Below the pieces are notes generated by a model, which was given only the letters and a program-made list of their open reading frames with translations, ran no database searches and was not told where the DNA came from. Positions 40,617-51,258 of a stretch of DNA of 64,000 nt are shown piece after piece. The first letter of the stretch is position 1. Every line of letters begins with the position of its first letter. This DNA comes from an uncultured Acidobacteriota bacterium (lineage in GTDB: Bacteria; Acidobacteriota; Terriglobia; UBA7540): the NCBI GenBank assembly GCA_963804995.1, contig CAWDSK010000005.1, forward strand, positions 1,056,001 through 1,120,000. The letters are read 5' to 3'. The translations under genes and the position numbers were made by a program.

Positions 40617-41050
40617 ATGATAAGTATTAGAAAAATCGGCGTCATGGGTCGCACGTATCGGCATGCCAAACGATACGCAGAAATACTCAACATTCTTATT
40701 AAATACGGCTTTGGGGATCTGGTTGACGATCTGAACATAAAACAGTACATCGAAATCGGCATTGAAAAGGTTACCGGAAAAGAGCCGGAGCGAATTGCAA
40801 AATTGTCCCGGCCGGACAGGGTCAGGATGACTTTGGAAGAGCTTGGACCGACCTTCGTCAAACTAGGCCAATTACTCTCCACGCGACCGGATCTTATTCC
40901 GTTGGAATATGTGCAGGAACTTTCCAAGCTCCAGGACAATGTACCACCCTTTCCTTATGACGAGGTAAGGGCGGCTGTCAAAGCGGAGACGGGCAAGTTC
41001 CCGGAAGAAATCTTTCACTCCATCCACAAAACGCCTATCGCCGCCGCCGC
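40617..41050 (+). pseudogene. ABC1/UbiB kinase N-terminal fragment
   Basis: LEELGPTFVKLGQLLSTRPDL, LQDNVPP; stops at PIAAA before the kinase core. Confidence 0.85.
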
Positions 41051-41154
41051 GCTTCTCGGTGGATGGGCGCGCCAATGGAAATCATGACGCCGGAGATGCT
41101 TGCCGAATTGTACGGGGCTCCGCCCAAATACTACGGGCACATCCAGGAGCATTG
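41051..41154 (+). pseudogene. metal ABC ATPase (ZnuC-like) C-terminal remnant
   Basis: One frame reads GAPMEIMTPEMLAELYGAPPKYYGHIQEH-stop, directly before a ZnuB-like permease. Confidence 0.6.
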
Positions 41155-41202
41155 AACGAAGCGTGGGCGGTTTGCTCATGGAAAGAAAAGGACAAATCCA
41201 GA

Positions 41203-41973
41203 ATGGACGCGAGCCAAATTTACGCGATAATGCTTGCCGGGCTTTTTGCCATCGCGGCGGGCCTGGTTGGATCTGTTGCCTTGATGAAGCGAATGGTGCT
41301 TGCCAGTGACGTAATGTCGCACTTGGCACTTCCCGGGCTCGGAATAGCTTTTCTTCTCAAAAGCAACCCGCTGGTTGGCGGGGGAGCGACTCTATTGCTG
41401 GGAACGCTCCTCGTTTGGCAACTCCAAAAGAAGACGGAACTGGCGACAGACGCTTTGATCGGTGTAATATTCGCCGCATGTCTCGGAATCGGCGCGCTCG
41501 TCACCCCGAATGAAGACCTGCTGGAAGCCCTCTTTGGCAATTTCCAGAAGTTGTCACTTGCCGGTTTCCTTCTCGGGGTAGCAGCCGTCATTCTGGTTGT
41601 CGCCTTCATCGCTGCCATGAAGGATCGATTGATCCTGGATCTTTTCTCTCACGACCTGGCTGCGGCAACCGGAGTGAAGGTGGCGTACCTGGACCTGGGG
41701 TTCTTGCTCGTGTTCAGCCTCACGATATTGGTCGGCCTGCGTTTTATGGGAGCATTACTGTCGAGTGCCTTGATTATCATTCCGGCCGCAACGGCGCGCC
41801 AGCTTACGGGCAGAATGGCACAATTTGTGGTTCTCGCCTCTGCGGTGAGCTTGATCTCAGTGGCAGCGGGGTTCCTCATCAGCACGCTGATTTTCAAGAC
41901 GTCGACAGTGGGCCCGACTATCGTGATCGTTTCCGTGCTCCTTTTTGTTATGAGCCTGGCTAAGAAGAAGTGA
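41203..41973 (+). CDS. Zn/Mn ABC permease (ZnuB/ABC-3 family)
   Basis: DVMSHLALPG, DLAAATGV, GALLSSALIIIPAATA. Confidence 0.9.
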   Translation: MDASQIYAIMLAGLFAIAAGLVGSVALMKRMVLASDVMSHLALPGLGIAFLLKSNPLVGGGATLLLGTLLVWQLQKKTELATDALIGVIFAACLGIGALVTPNEDLLEALFGNFQKLSLAGFLLGVAAVILVVAFIAAMKDRLILDLFSHDLAAATGVKVAYLDLGFLLVFSLTILVGLRFMGALLSSALIIIPAATARQLTGRMAQFVVLASAVSLISVAAGFLISTLIFKTSTVGPTIVIVSVLLFVMSLAKKK

Positions 41974-42027
41974 ACTGCGGGTACCCAGGCTCAAATTTAT
42001 CATTGGGTCGAGGGGTAGCGGCTGAAG

Positions 42028-42269
42028 GTAGTGGTGTCATTTGGAAGTGCCACGGGCGTCCGAAGGTGTGAAAAAATACCATTTTCACCGCTGAGACGCT
42101 GAGACGCGGAGAAATGACCCTTTGTTTTCAAACCTCTGCGCCTCCGCGTCTCCGCGGTGAAAGGTTTGATGGGATTTTTTCACAGCTTCTCCCGCCCGTG
42201 AAGGGTCACGGCCAAGACCCCGATGGATCGGGGCAAGGTCGGCCGTGCCACACCAAATGACACCACTAC
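42028..42269. repeat. nested inverted-repeat element (REP/MITE-like)
   Basis: Outer perfect 17-bp IR 42028-42044 / 42253-42269; middle 20-bp IR 42062-42081 / 42170-42189 (18/20); inner TTTCACCGC-TGAGACGC... / ...GCGTCTCCGCGGTGAAA. Confidence 0.85.
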
Positions 42270-42328
42270 ACGGAAATTCAGGCGAAGGAAGACGGCAAGG
42301 GATGCTTTGACTCAAGGGGTTTGGCGCA

Positions 42329-43195
42329 ATGTTGAATATTAATAAAATTCTATTGCCGGTTGATTTCCCGGTTGCTTCATTCGGTTTGGCTCATCAGGCT
42401 GCCACATTGGCGCGCCGTTTCCATTCTGAGATCGTGATACTGCACGTCATGACAGCGCGAAGCCATGCCGCCGGTGTGCCGGAGGACAGCCGCGAGCTGT
42501 CTCGCTGGGACTTGCTCGCGGCGATCATCCGGCAGGCGGAGAATCAGCAGGACACGTCTCTCGGGCCGGAGCTCGAGGGCCTCACCATTCGTCGCAAGTT
42601 GGCCAATGGCGACGTGGCCGCGGCCATTGTGCAAACGGCTCAGGAGGAAAAAGCCGACCTGATCATGATGCCGTCATATAGCTTTACCTTCTACCAGTTT
42701 CTGTTGGGCTCAGTGACCGCAAAAGTGTTACACGGGTCCGAATGTCCCGTTTGGACTGGTGCGCACGTGGAAGAACCGCCAGGGCAGAAGTTTGCGATCC
42801 ACAACGTCCTAGGCGCGGTCGAATTCGGCCCCCGTGCTGACATAACGGTGTCATGGGCCGCCCAAATGGCCGCCGAATTTGGTGCGCGTCTCACGCTTGC
42901 TAATGTCACTGCCAGCGTGGAATTTTGGGGGCCCGGCGGCAGCTACGTCAATGAAAAGTGGAAAGAGGAACTAGTCGGCAACGCGTCTGAGCAAATGGCC
43001 AAGCTCCAGCAAGAAAAGGGCATCAAGGCAGATGTATTCATCGGCAGTGGGGACGTTCCCAAGGCGCTGAGCCAAGCGGTAAAGGAGACGAAGGCGGATT
43101 TGCTGGTTACCGGGTGCTACCCTTATGGCGGTCACTTGCGGACCCACGGCTACGGAATCATTTGCGCGGTGCCGATTCCAGTTCTGAGCGTGTGA
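42329..43195 (+). CDS. tandem-domain universal stress protein
   Basis: KILLPVDF, ADLIMMP, LLGSVTAKVL..SECPVWT. Confidence 0.92.
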   Translation: MLNINKILLPVDFPVASFGLAHQAATLARRFHSEIVILHVMTARSHAAGVPEDSRELSRWDLLAAIIRQAENQQDTSLGPELEGLTIRRKLANGDVAAAIVQTAQEEKADLIMMPSYSFTFYQFLLGSVTAKVLHGSECPVWTGAHVEEPPGQKFAIHNVLGAVEFGPRADITVSWAAQMAAEFGARLTLANVTASVEFWGPGGSYVNEKWKEELVGNASEQMAKLQQEKGIKADVFIGSGDVPKALSQAVKETKADLLVTGCYPYGGHLRTHGYGIICAVPIPVLSV

Positions 43196-43231
43196 GGGCG
43201 AATCGTTCTTTAGTGCTGGATATGATTCGTT

Positions 43232-43918
43232 ATGAAAATCGACGAATACCGAAAGAAGCGTAATTTCGGTGTGACGCCCGAGCCACGGGGCGCAAGCCAT
43301 GCTCAGGAAAAGGGCAATGAATCGCTTATTTATGCTCTGCAGAAGCACATGGCCTCGCATCTGCACTACGACTTTCGTCTGGAATGGCGCGGCGTACTTC
43401 TCTCCTGGGCGGTGCCCAAGGGTCCCTCGCTCGACCCTTCGGTGAAGCGCCTCGCGATGCAGACAGAGGATCACCCCATCGAGTATTCCGACTTCGAAGG
43501 AGTGATTCCCGTCGGTCAATATGGTGCGGGAACCGTGATGCTTTGGGACAAAGGCACCTGGCAACCGGAAAGCGCTGATGTAGACGCTTCATTGGAGGCG
43601 GGAGAGATCAAATTCACGCTTCACGGGGCGAAGCTCCAAGGCTCGTGGGTCTTGGTTCACACCCGGGGCTTGGGGAGCAATCCTGCTCGATCTGCATGGC
43701 TGCTAATCAAACATCGCGATCAGTACGCATCCACGAAGGATGTGACGCAGGAAGAGCCGCGGTCCGTAGCGAGCCACCGTCTTCTAGCAGAGATCGCACG
43801 GGACGGAGGGGGCGACATCGAAAGAGCTTCGGTGGGTGATCCGGCTGTCAAAGAGAGGCGCAAAACGAGCGTGAAGCCGGCGCCAGGACGTGTTCGGCGG
43901 AGAAAGCGGGTGTTGTGA
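43232..43918 (+). CDS. ligD: LigD 3'-phosphoesterase domain, stand-alone
   Basis: KRNFGVTPEP, QKH.ASHLHYDFRLE, SWAVPKGPS, EDHP. Confidence 0.93.
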   Translation: MKIDEYRKKRNFGVTPEPRGASHAQEKGNESLIYALQKHMASHLHYDFRLEWRGVLLSWAVPKGPSLDPSVKRLAMQTEDHPIEYSDFEGVIPVGQYGAGTVMLWDKGTWQPESADVDASLEAGEIKFTLHGAKLQGSWVLVHTRGLGSNPARSAWLLIKHRDQYASTKDVTQEEPRSVASHRLLAEIARDGGGDIERASVGDPAVKERRKTSVKPAPGRVRRRKRVL

Positions 43919-44838
43919 CGGACAGGATCCCATTTCGCGTCCAACCGATGCTGGCAACGCTCGTCACCCAGCCCTTCCACAAACCTGGTTGGGTCTACGA
44001 AGAGAAATACGACGGTTTTCGCATCCTTGCTTACAAGGAAAGGGCCAGCGTCAGCCTTCTATCCCGAAATGGCAAGGACCGCACCCAGACATACCCGAAC
44101 ATCGCGGCTGCGGTCTCCAAGCTTCCAGATCGCGCGCTGCTCCTCGACGGCGAGGTAGTCGCCTTCGATAACCGCCGAGTCTCCCGCTTCCAGCTTCTCC
44201 AGGAAGGTATGGTTCCGCCGCTTTATGCGGTCTTCGATTGCCTTTACCAAAACGGGCGTGACCTGCGTGCCGAGCCACTTTCCACACGGCGCGGCCCCAT
44301 GGAAGCGGCGATTCGGGGAAGCGAGCGTCTTCTCCCGGCTCACCGTCTGGCCGAAAACGGGCTCGAGGCCTTCCGGGTGGCGAAAACAAAAGGTTACGAG
44401 GGAATGGTCGCCAAAGACCTCACGTCGCCCTACATCGAAGGGCGCTCCCGGAAGTGGCTGAAATGCAAGGTCCATCAGGAGGACGAGTTTGTCATTGCGG
44501 GCTACACCGCCCCGGCGGGCTCACGCACGCATTTCGGCGCTCTTCTGCTGGGCGCCTATCATCGAGGACAGTTGCACTATGTGGGCAAGGTGGGCACGGG
44601 GTTTGATACGAAGTTGCTCGCCTCACTGTATCAAGAGTTCCAGCCTTTGGTGCGAAAACAGGCTGCTTTCGTCGATCCGCCGCCGGAGAAGGGGGTGACG
44701 TATCTCGTCCCGCAGCTCGTGGCCCAGATCGCTTATGAGGAGTTGACGGCTGACAAAAAGTTGCGACAGCCCGTCTTTCTGGGGCGGCGCGACGATAAGA
44801 GCGCAAAAGAATGTTTTCTCCCAGGAAAAACGGGATGA
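43915..44838 (+). CDS. ligD: LigD/LigC-type ATP-dependent DNA ligase domain, stand-alone
   Basis: EKYDGFR, DGEVV, EGMVAK, WLKCK, GKVGTGF. Confidence 0.93.
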   Translation: MTDRIPFRVQPMLATLVTQPFHKPGWVYEEKYDGFRILAYKERASVSLLSRNGKDRTQTYPNIAAAVSKLPDRALLLDGEVVAFDNRRVSRFQLLQEGMVPPLYAVFDCLYQNGRDLRAEPLSTRRGPMEAAIRGSERLLPAHRLAENGLEAFRVAKTKGYEGMVAKDLTSPYIEGRSRKWLKCKVHQEDEFVIAGYTAPAGSRTHFGALLLGAYHRGQLHYVGKVGTGFDTKLLASLYQEFQPLVRKQAAFVDPPPEKGVTYLVPQLVAQIAYEELTADKKLRQPVFLGRRDDKSAKECFLPGKTG

Positions 44839-45752
44839 CAAGCGCAAAACGTGATCATGCGGTCTCGAGTCAGTTGCCGATCGCCGTATTGCATCCGGAC
44901 AAGGTCTTCTGGCCTGAGGAAGGCTACACGAAGCTGGATTTGGTCGAGTATTATCACGCGATTTTCTCAAAGCTCTCACCCTACTTGAAGGATCGCATCC
45001 TGACGCTGGAGCGCTGCCCCGATGGGATGCGCGGCGAGTGCTTCTTTCAAAAACAGTTGCCTAAGGGCATGCCTCCCGGAACGCCCACCAAGCGGATCGT
45101 GCATGAAGCCAACGCCAGCGAGTTCACCGATTATGTGGTGGGCGGGTCCTTGACCACACAGCTCGCACTTGTCAATTTGGGTTGCATTGCCGTACACGTT
45201 ATGGCGAGCCGCGCCAGTTCGCCCCGGCAGCCGGACTGGGTTTGTTTTGATCTTGATCCCGAGTCGGGAAAGTTCGCAGATGCTGCGCGCGCGGGCTTGC
45301 ATGTCAAAGCCGCCCTGGACGCTTTGAAGCTGGTATCCTTCGCCAAGACTTCGGGTAGCCGGGGCATGCACGTCCTGGTGCCGATCCGTACGGGACCGGA
45401 TGCGGACGAAGTTCTCGCCTTCGCCGAGTCGTTCGTGGCACGCGTGGCGGCTGCGCACCCGGATGAATTGACGGTCGAACATTCGCTCACGGCGCGGCGG
45501 GGACGCGTCTACCTGGATCCCTTTCGAAATGGTTTTGGTCAAACCGTGGTGGCGCCTTATTCCGTCCGGCGACGGGAGAAAGCTCCCATTTCGACACCCT
45601 TGCAATGGTCGGAGGTCAAACCCACGCTGATTCCCTCCGATTTCAACATCGGCAACTTCCACAAACGTCTCGAAAGGTCGGACCCCTGGGAAACCTTCTT
45701 TCGGGCCCGCCTGTCGCTGAAGGATGCCATGGCCGCATTAAAGAGGTTGTAA
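44835..45752 (+). CDS. ligD: LigD primase-polymerase (PolDom) domain, stand-alone
   Basis: HPDKVFWP, RCPDG..G..FFQK, FDLDP, KTSGSRGMH, VAPYSVR. Confidence 0.93.
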   Translation: MTSAKRDHAVSSQLPIAVLHPDKVFWPEEGYTKLDLVEYYHAIFSKLSPYLKDRILTLERCPDGMRGECFFQKQLPKGMPPGTPTKRIVHEANASEFTDYVVGGSLTTQLALVNLGCIAVHVMASRASSPRQPDWVCFDLDPESGKFADAARAGLHVKAALDALKLVSFAKTSGSRGMHVLVPIRTGPDADEVLAFAESFVARVAAAHPDELTVEHSLTARRGRVYLDPFRNGFGQTVVAPYSVRRREKAPISTPLQWSEVKPTLIPSDFNIGNFHKRLERSDPWETFFRARLSLKDAMAALKRL

Positions 45753-45852
45753 AGCGGAGGGTTGTCCTGGCAGGTTTTAGGACGTTAGATTCAAGTCTGC
45801 TGTGTGGACTTGACCATACTCTCTCAGCGGCGCCGGACCCAAAGGAAAAACC

Positions 45853-48399
45853 ATGAGCGAACAAACTCGCGTCAGCCACCCGATGTACAACCTTCTACCC
45901 ACCGAAATCGAGGGGTTCGATTCCCTGGCGGAGCTTGCCCTGAATCTGCGCTGGTCGTGGAATCATGCCACCGACGAGATATGGCGGCAGCTTGATCCCA
46001 AACTCTGGGAGATCACGCATAACCCCTGGGTCGTCCTGCAAACGGTCTCGCGCGACAAGATCGAGCGCGTATTGGCCGACCCCGTTTTTCGCAAAAACGT
46101 GGATAGCTTGGTACAGACCCGGCGGAAAGCGCTGGCGTCGCCCGCGTGGTTTCAGCAGAATTATGCACGAAGTCCCCTGACCTGCGCCGCCTATTTCAGC
46201 ATGGAATTCATGTTGAGTGAAGGTTTGCCCATCTACTCGGGCGGGCTTGGCAATGTGGCCGGTGATCAACTCAAAGCTGCCAGCGATCTGGGTGTACCGG
46301 TGGTCGGGGTGGGCCTGCTCTATCAGCAGGGCTATTTTCGCCAGGAGATTGACAAGGACGGAGCGCAACACGCCCTCTATCCCTATAACGATCCCGGACA
46401 GTTGCCCATCACGCCCTTGCGCCAACCCAACGGGGAGTGGCTACGTCTGGAACTTAAGTTGCCAGGTTACTCGATCTGGTTTCGCGCCTGGCAGGTTCTG
46501 GTCGGTAGGGTAAAGCTTTACCTGCTGGACAGCAATGATGCGGCGAACCTCCCTGTCGATCGGGGGATTACCAGCGAGCTCTACGGGGGCGGCTCGGATT
46601 TGCGCCTCGAACAGGAACTGCTCCTCGGGATCGGTGGATGGCGGCTGCTCCGCGCCCTGGGGTTGCAACCGGAGGTTTGCCACCTGAATGAAGGGCACGC
46701 GGCGTTCGCGGTTCTGGAACGTGCCCGCAACTTCATGGAAGATACCGGGCAGCCCTTCGAAGTGGCTTTGGCGGCTACTCGTGCCGGCAATCTCTTCACC
46801 ACTCACACGGCCGTGGCCGCCGGTTTTGACCGTTTCGATCCTGCCCTCATGGAACAACACGTTAGGGGGCATGCCGAACAGGATCTCGGCATTTCGTTTC
46901 ACGATTTGATGGCTCTGGGGCGCCAGAACCCGGACAACTCGTCGGAGCCCTTCAACATGGCGCATTTGGCCATCCGCGGGAGCGGCGCAGTGAATGGTGT
47001 AAGCCGATTGCACGGGGAGGTCAGCCGGCGCCTCTTTCTGCCTCTATTCCCACGCTGGCCGGAAGACGAAATCCCCGTCGGACACGTAACCAACGGAGTC
47101 CACGTGCCCACTTGGGACTCGGCCCCGGCCGATGATCTTTGGACAGAAGCCTGTGGAAAGCAACGCTGGCTGGGGACGACGAAAGACCTGGAACAAAAGA
47201 TCCGCCAGATTTCTGACGCTACGCTCTGGCAATTTCGGACCGCGGCCACCAAGTCTTTCGTGGAGTACGTACGAGATCGATTGTCGCTCAACATGGAGAT
47301 AAGACACGCTCCGCCCGAGGAGGTCGAAGCGGCGAAGCATCTCTTTGATCCGAACGCCCTCACGCTGGGCTTTGCCCGCCGCTTTGCGACCTACAAGCGA
47401 CCGAACTTACTGCTCCATGACCCTCCGCGGCTGCTCCGCCTCTTGACTAATCCGCAGCGCCCCGTGCAACTTATCATCGCCGGCAAGGCGCATCCTGCGG
47501 ACCAGGCGGGACAGGCCATGATTCGGGAATGGATGCATTTCATCTGGCAGCCCGCGGCGCGTCCCCACGTGATCTTCCTCAGTGACTATGACATGCTCCT
47601 GACCGAGCAACTGGTGCAAGGCGTGGACGTCTGGATCAACACGCCACGGAGGCCCTGGGAAGCCTGCGGGACGAGCGGCATGAAGGTGCTGGTGAATGGC
47701 GGCATCAATCTTTCAGAATTGGACGGCTGGTGGGCGGAAGCCTACACGCCGGAAGTCGGCTGGGCGTTGGGGGATGGCCGGGAGCATGGCGACGATCCGG
47801 GTTGGGACGCGGCCGAAGCTGAAGCGCTCTATGACCTGCTCGAACGGGAAGTGATTCCCGAGTTTTATGCCCGCGACGCGCAAGGAATCCCCACGGCCTG
47901 GGTGGCGCGGATGCGGAACAGCATGGCAAGCTTGACGCCCCGCTTTTCCGCGAACCGCGCCGTGGGCGAGTACACCGAGCAACATTACCTCCCGGCTGCA
48001 GCCGCATACCGTAAACGCGCTGCTGACAAAGGTGCAGTCGGCAAGAGCATCGCCGATTGGGAAAGTGCTCTGAAGGAGAAATGGGCCACCGTTCGCTTCG
48101 GCGAGGTGAAGGTACAGACCAGCGCGGTCCAGCACATCTTTGAGGCAGAGGTGTATCTCAATGGCCTCGACCCGAAGGCTGTGCGAGTCGAGCTGTATGC
48201 CGAGGGGATCAATGGCAGTAGCCCGATCCGAGAGGAGATGACGCGCGTCCGCCAATTGGCAGGTAGTGACAGCAGCCACGCTTATGTCGCCCAGGTGCCC
48301 GCGACCCGTACGGCTACCGACTACACGGCGCGAGTGATCCCGCACTGCGACGGTGTTGCGATCCCACTGGAAGACGCCCGAATCCTGTGGGAACGGTGA
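45853..48399 (+). CDS. glgP: alpha-glucan (glycogen) phosphorylase
   Basis: YSGGLG, HLNEGH, FARRFATYKR, EACGTSGMK (PLP lysine). Confidence 0.96.
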   Translation: MSEQTRVSHPMYNLLPTEIEGFDSLAELALNLRWSWNHATDEIWRQLDPKLWEITHNPWVVLQTVSRDKIERVLADPVFRKNVDSLVQTRRKALASPAWFQQNYARSPLTCAAYFSMEFMLSEGLPIYSGGLGNVAGDQLKAASDLGVPVVGVGLLYQQGYFRQEIDKDGAQHALYPYNDPGQLPITPLRQPNGEWLRLELKLPGYSIWFRAWQVLVGRVKLYLLDSNDAANLPVDRGITSELYGGGSDLRLEQELLLGIGGWRLLRALGLQPEVCHLNEGHAAFAVLERARNFMEDTGQPFEVALAATRAGNLFTTHTAVAAGFDRFDPALMEQHVRGHAEQDLGISFHDLMALGRQNPDNSSEPFNMAHLAIRGSGAVNGVSRLHGEVSRRLFLPLFPRWPEDEIPVGHVTNGVHVPTWDSAPADDLWTEACGKQRWLGTTKDLEQKIRQISDATLWQFRTAATKSFVEYVRDRLSLNMEIRHAPPEEVEAAKHLFDPNALTLGFARRFATYKRPNLLLHDPPRLLRLLTNPQRPVQLIIAGKAHPADQAGQAMIREWMHFIWQPAARPHVIFLSDYDMLLTEQLVQGVDVWINTPRRPWEACGTSGMKVLVNGGINLSELDGWWAEAYTPEVGWALGDGREHGDDPGWDAAEAEALYDLLEREVIPEFYARDAQGIPTAWVARMRNSMASLTPRFSANRAVGEYTEQHYLPAAAAYRKRAADKGAVGKSIADWESALKEKWATVRFGEVKVQTSAVQHIFEAEVYLNGLDPKAVRVELYAEGINGSSPIREEMTRVRQLAGSDSSHAYVAQVPATRTATDYTARVIPHCDGVAIPLEDARILWER

Positions 48400-48799
48400 T
48401 TTGACTTTCAGTGGCGGACAGGTATGTTTCGAATGCAAACTTCCCGGAGAGCTAGTTGAGGAATTCCATGCCGGGTCATGGCGGCGGACAGGTCCAATCT
48501 GTCTTTCCCCCTTCCTTCGGTATGGGCGCATCTACCACCGCCGTCCGAACCGCCGCCCGAGCCGCAGGTTACGGCAAGCGCTATGGCGCGACCTTTCAGC
48601 AAGAGATGACGCCCCGCGTGGCCGCAGCGCGTCCCTATTCGATGGTGCGCAGGATAAGTGACTATGTATGGTCATCTGACCGGATGATGTGACCGCAAAG
48701 CGTCAGATTGGGTCAGGTAATACCGATTACTCAAACTCATTCCCCACCCTAACCTCCCTATTCCTTGGGGATTGCGCACCTTCTGCCATGCTCCGAAAT

Positions 48800-48816
48800 T
48801 TGGCAACGCGGATGCT
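48800..48816 (+). promoter_or_regulatory. sigma54 -24/-12 element without the TTCGCGAA UAS
   Basis: TTGGCAACGCGGATGCT: GG 48802-48803, GC 48814-48815; precedes GAGGAG RBS and TTG start 48846. Confidence 0.6.
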
Positions 48817-48845
48817 ATCTCCTTGGTGACAGAGGAGCGACGAGG

Positions 48846-49892
48846 TTGCTCAGAATCACCATCCAAAAGGGTTCCGGTCCGGCAACTCTGAAGTTGGAAG
48901 GCAAACTGGCCGGGCCATGGGTGGAAGAGTTGAAGGACATCTGCCGTTCCGGGAGTGCCGCCGAGGCCGTTTTAGTCGATTTGATTGGCGTAAGTTTTGT
49001 GGACGCTTCGGGAAAAGATCTCCTGGCGCAGATGTACCAGGGAGGCGCTGATTTCATAGCGGATTCGCCTCTGATGAAGCAGGTCGTCGATTTCGGTCTT
49101 CCTCCCTATGAGTATTACACTCCAGCGGTCGACTTCGACGAGGTTTTCCGGAAGACTCGCGCCGACGCTCGCGAGCAGTTGCAAGAGTTCGCGAAGTCGC
49201 AAACGAGAAGTAGCGTTGAGCCCGTGTGCTTCGTGCAAGAGGGTGCGGTGGCGGACTCGATCCTCTACTTTGCCGAAGCGGAAGGAGTGGACCTCATTGT
49301 CATGGGGACCCACGGGCGCAAAGGATTTGACCGTGTTACACTGGGGTCGGTCGCGGAAAAGGTGCTGCGGAAAGCTCCCTGTCCTGTGCTGGTGGTCCGG
49401 AAGCCGAAGCCCGAGGCTGTCGCCCCGGAAGGTGCGCAGAGTTCGTTTGAGCTGCGAAGAGTTATTTTCTGCACGGACTTTTCCGATCCCTCCCAGCGGG
49501 CTCTGGAATATGCGCTCTCGGCAGCGGCGGAGTTCGACGCCGAACTCACCCTGCTCCACGTGTTGGACGATATCCCAAGGTCGGCCAACATTGAAGAAGC
49601 AATCGCGGCAGCGACCAAGTAACTCGATGAGCTGATTCCAGCGGAAGGGGTCAAACTCGGCAAGATTAAGACCGTGGTACGAATCGGCAGGGCCTACCTA
49701 CAGATCATTGAGCTTGCGTTGGAAATACAAGCCGATTTGGTGATCATGGCAGTACGTGGGCGCAATGCCTTGGATCTTGCGGTGTTTGGTTCGACAACCT
49801 ATCGCGTGATCCAGTTAGGACCCTGCCCGGTCTTGGCAGTTCATGTCTTGAAGGCGGGAAGCACGAGTAGTGCAGGCATTGTCCAGCCCTGA
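48846..49892 (+). pseudogene. STAS-like domain fused (probably by deletion) to an N-truncated tandem USP with an internal stop
   Basis: LRITI..LKLEGKLAGPWVEEL..VDLIGVSFVD STAS-like; then DLIVMGTHGRKG..LGSVAEKVL; TAA at 49620-49622 where the 40 kb paralog has CAA. Confidence 0.75.
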
Positions 49893-49952
49893 TTTCATGT
49901 GGTGGCAGCGACACGGGCTTGGAGGCCAAATTTTGTTGCCCAGGGAGCGTTC

Positions 49953-50685
49953 ATGAGAGCCATGGTATTACGAAAGCGCGCTCCGGTGGAAACGTCTCCT
50001 CTAGAACTGGTTGATCTGCCGATCCCCGAACCGGGAAAAGGCGAGGTATTGATTCGGGTCGAAGTGTGTGGCGTATGCCGCACGGACCTCCATGTTGTCG
50101 AAGGCGATTTGCCGCCTCACAAAGAAAGCGTTGTTCCCGGGCATCATTGGCTATCGTGCATTACGCCGCAGCAATCTTAAGAAAGGGGAGACGCTGGGTC
50201 TCTATGGATTCGGAGCATCGGCGCACATTGTCATCCAAATAGCTCTGCACTGGGGATGCAAGGTCTACGTGTGCACTCGAGACGAGCGGCACCAGGAGAT
50301 GGCACACCGCATGGGAGCAACCTGGGTCGGCTCGGAAGCCGCCACCCCACCCGTGAAACTCAATAGCAGCATTCTCTTCGCTCCGGCGGGAGAACTCGTC
50401 ACAGTGGCACTGGCAGCGCTGGACCGAGGCGGCACGCTGGCTCTGGCCGGCATCCACATGACACCCATACCCGCGATGGACTATCAGCAATATCTTTTTC
50501 TGGAGCGCAACCTGCGGAGCGTCACCGCCAACACCCGGGAAGACGGCCGCTCCCTCCTGGATCTGTCGGTGTGCGTCCCGTTACATACAACGACCCAGGA
50601 GTTCCCCTTGGCTCAGGCAAACGATGCCCTTCAGATGCTGAAGCACGATCGGATAAACGGGGCTGCTGTGCTGCGAGTCAGGTGA
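49953..50685 (+). pseudogene. zinc-dependent alcohol dehydrogenase-family gene with internal deletion
   Basis: CGVCRTDLH..VVPGH joins out of frame at ~50140 to GIIGYRAL..GLYGFGASA; structural-zinc region absent. Confidence 0.85.
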
Positions 50686-50768
50686 AAAGGGCCGATCCGT
50701 CGCTTATGTGCTATCCATCTCGCAGCTAAACTTCAGGCCAAGGGCGAGGTTAAGAGGAGGTCTAGTCC

Positions 50769-51158
50769 ATGCCACGTTGCAAATCAAACGTCAAGTCAAA
50801 GAGGAAGGAGAAGCTCAGCACGAATCGCAAAGATTTGACTTTCGCTGTGGGAGATACAATCCAATTCCAGGATGTGAACACCGGCGAGTTTCAGTATGGA
50901 TGCGTTGAAGGCACGATTGAAGGGAACCCGATAATCAGGAAAATAACAAAGGAAGGAGCTGGGCCAAACCCCAAGCGGTTCACTCCGCGTTTGCCGTGCA
51001 GTATCGATCGTAGCGTAACCGGAAGCCTCATCCGTTCCTCCCATGGAGAGGATCTCATCGGAATAATCACGAGTGGCGAGGCCGAGTCTCCGCTACCTGG
51101 GCACGTCACGTCTTGGCTATGCCCCGTATCTAATGAGGAACTCTTTGAGGATAGTTAG
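50769..51158 (+). CDS. hypothetical protein
   Basis: AGGAGG before ATG; no recognisable motif. Confidence 0.35.
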   Translation: MPRCKSNVKSKRKEKLSTNRKDLTFAVGDTIQFQDVNTGEFQYGCVEGTIEGNPIIRKITKEGAGPNPKRFTPRLPCSIDRSVTGSLIRSSHGEDLIGIITSGEAESPLPGHVTSWLCPVSNEELFEDS

Positions 51159-51258
51159 ATTGTGGCCTTGGGGCACGTCGGGAGGTTGACCTGCATCCAG
51201 TTGTTGTCTCTCGTTCCGCGTTATACGACACGCCAGGGATGTGTGCGCCCTTTCGAAG

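Noticed and set aside
48456..48692. Short ORF containing GYGKRYGA
   Set aside because: May be a decayed fragment of an exported protein, but there is no RBS or coherent frame to support a call
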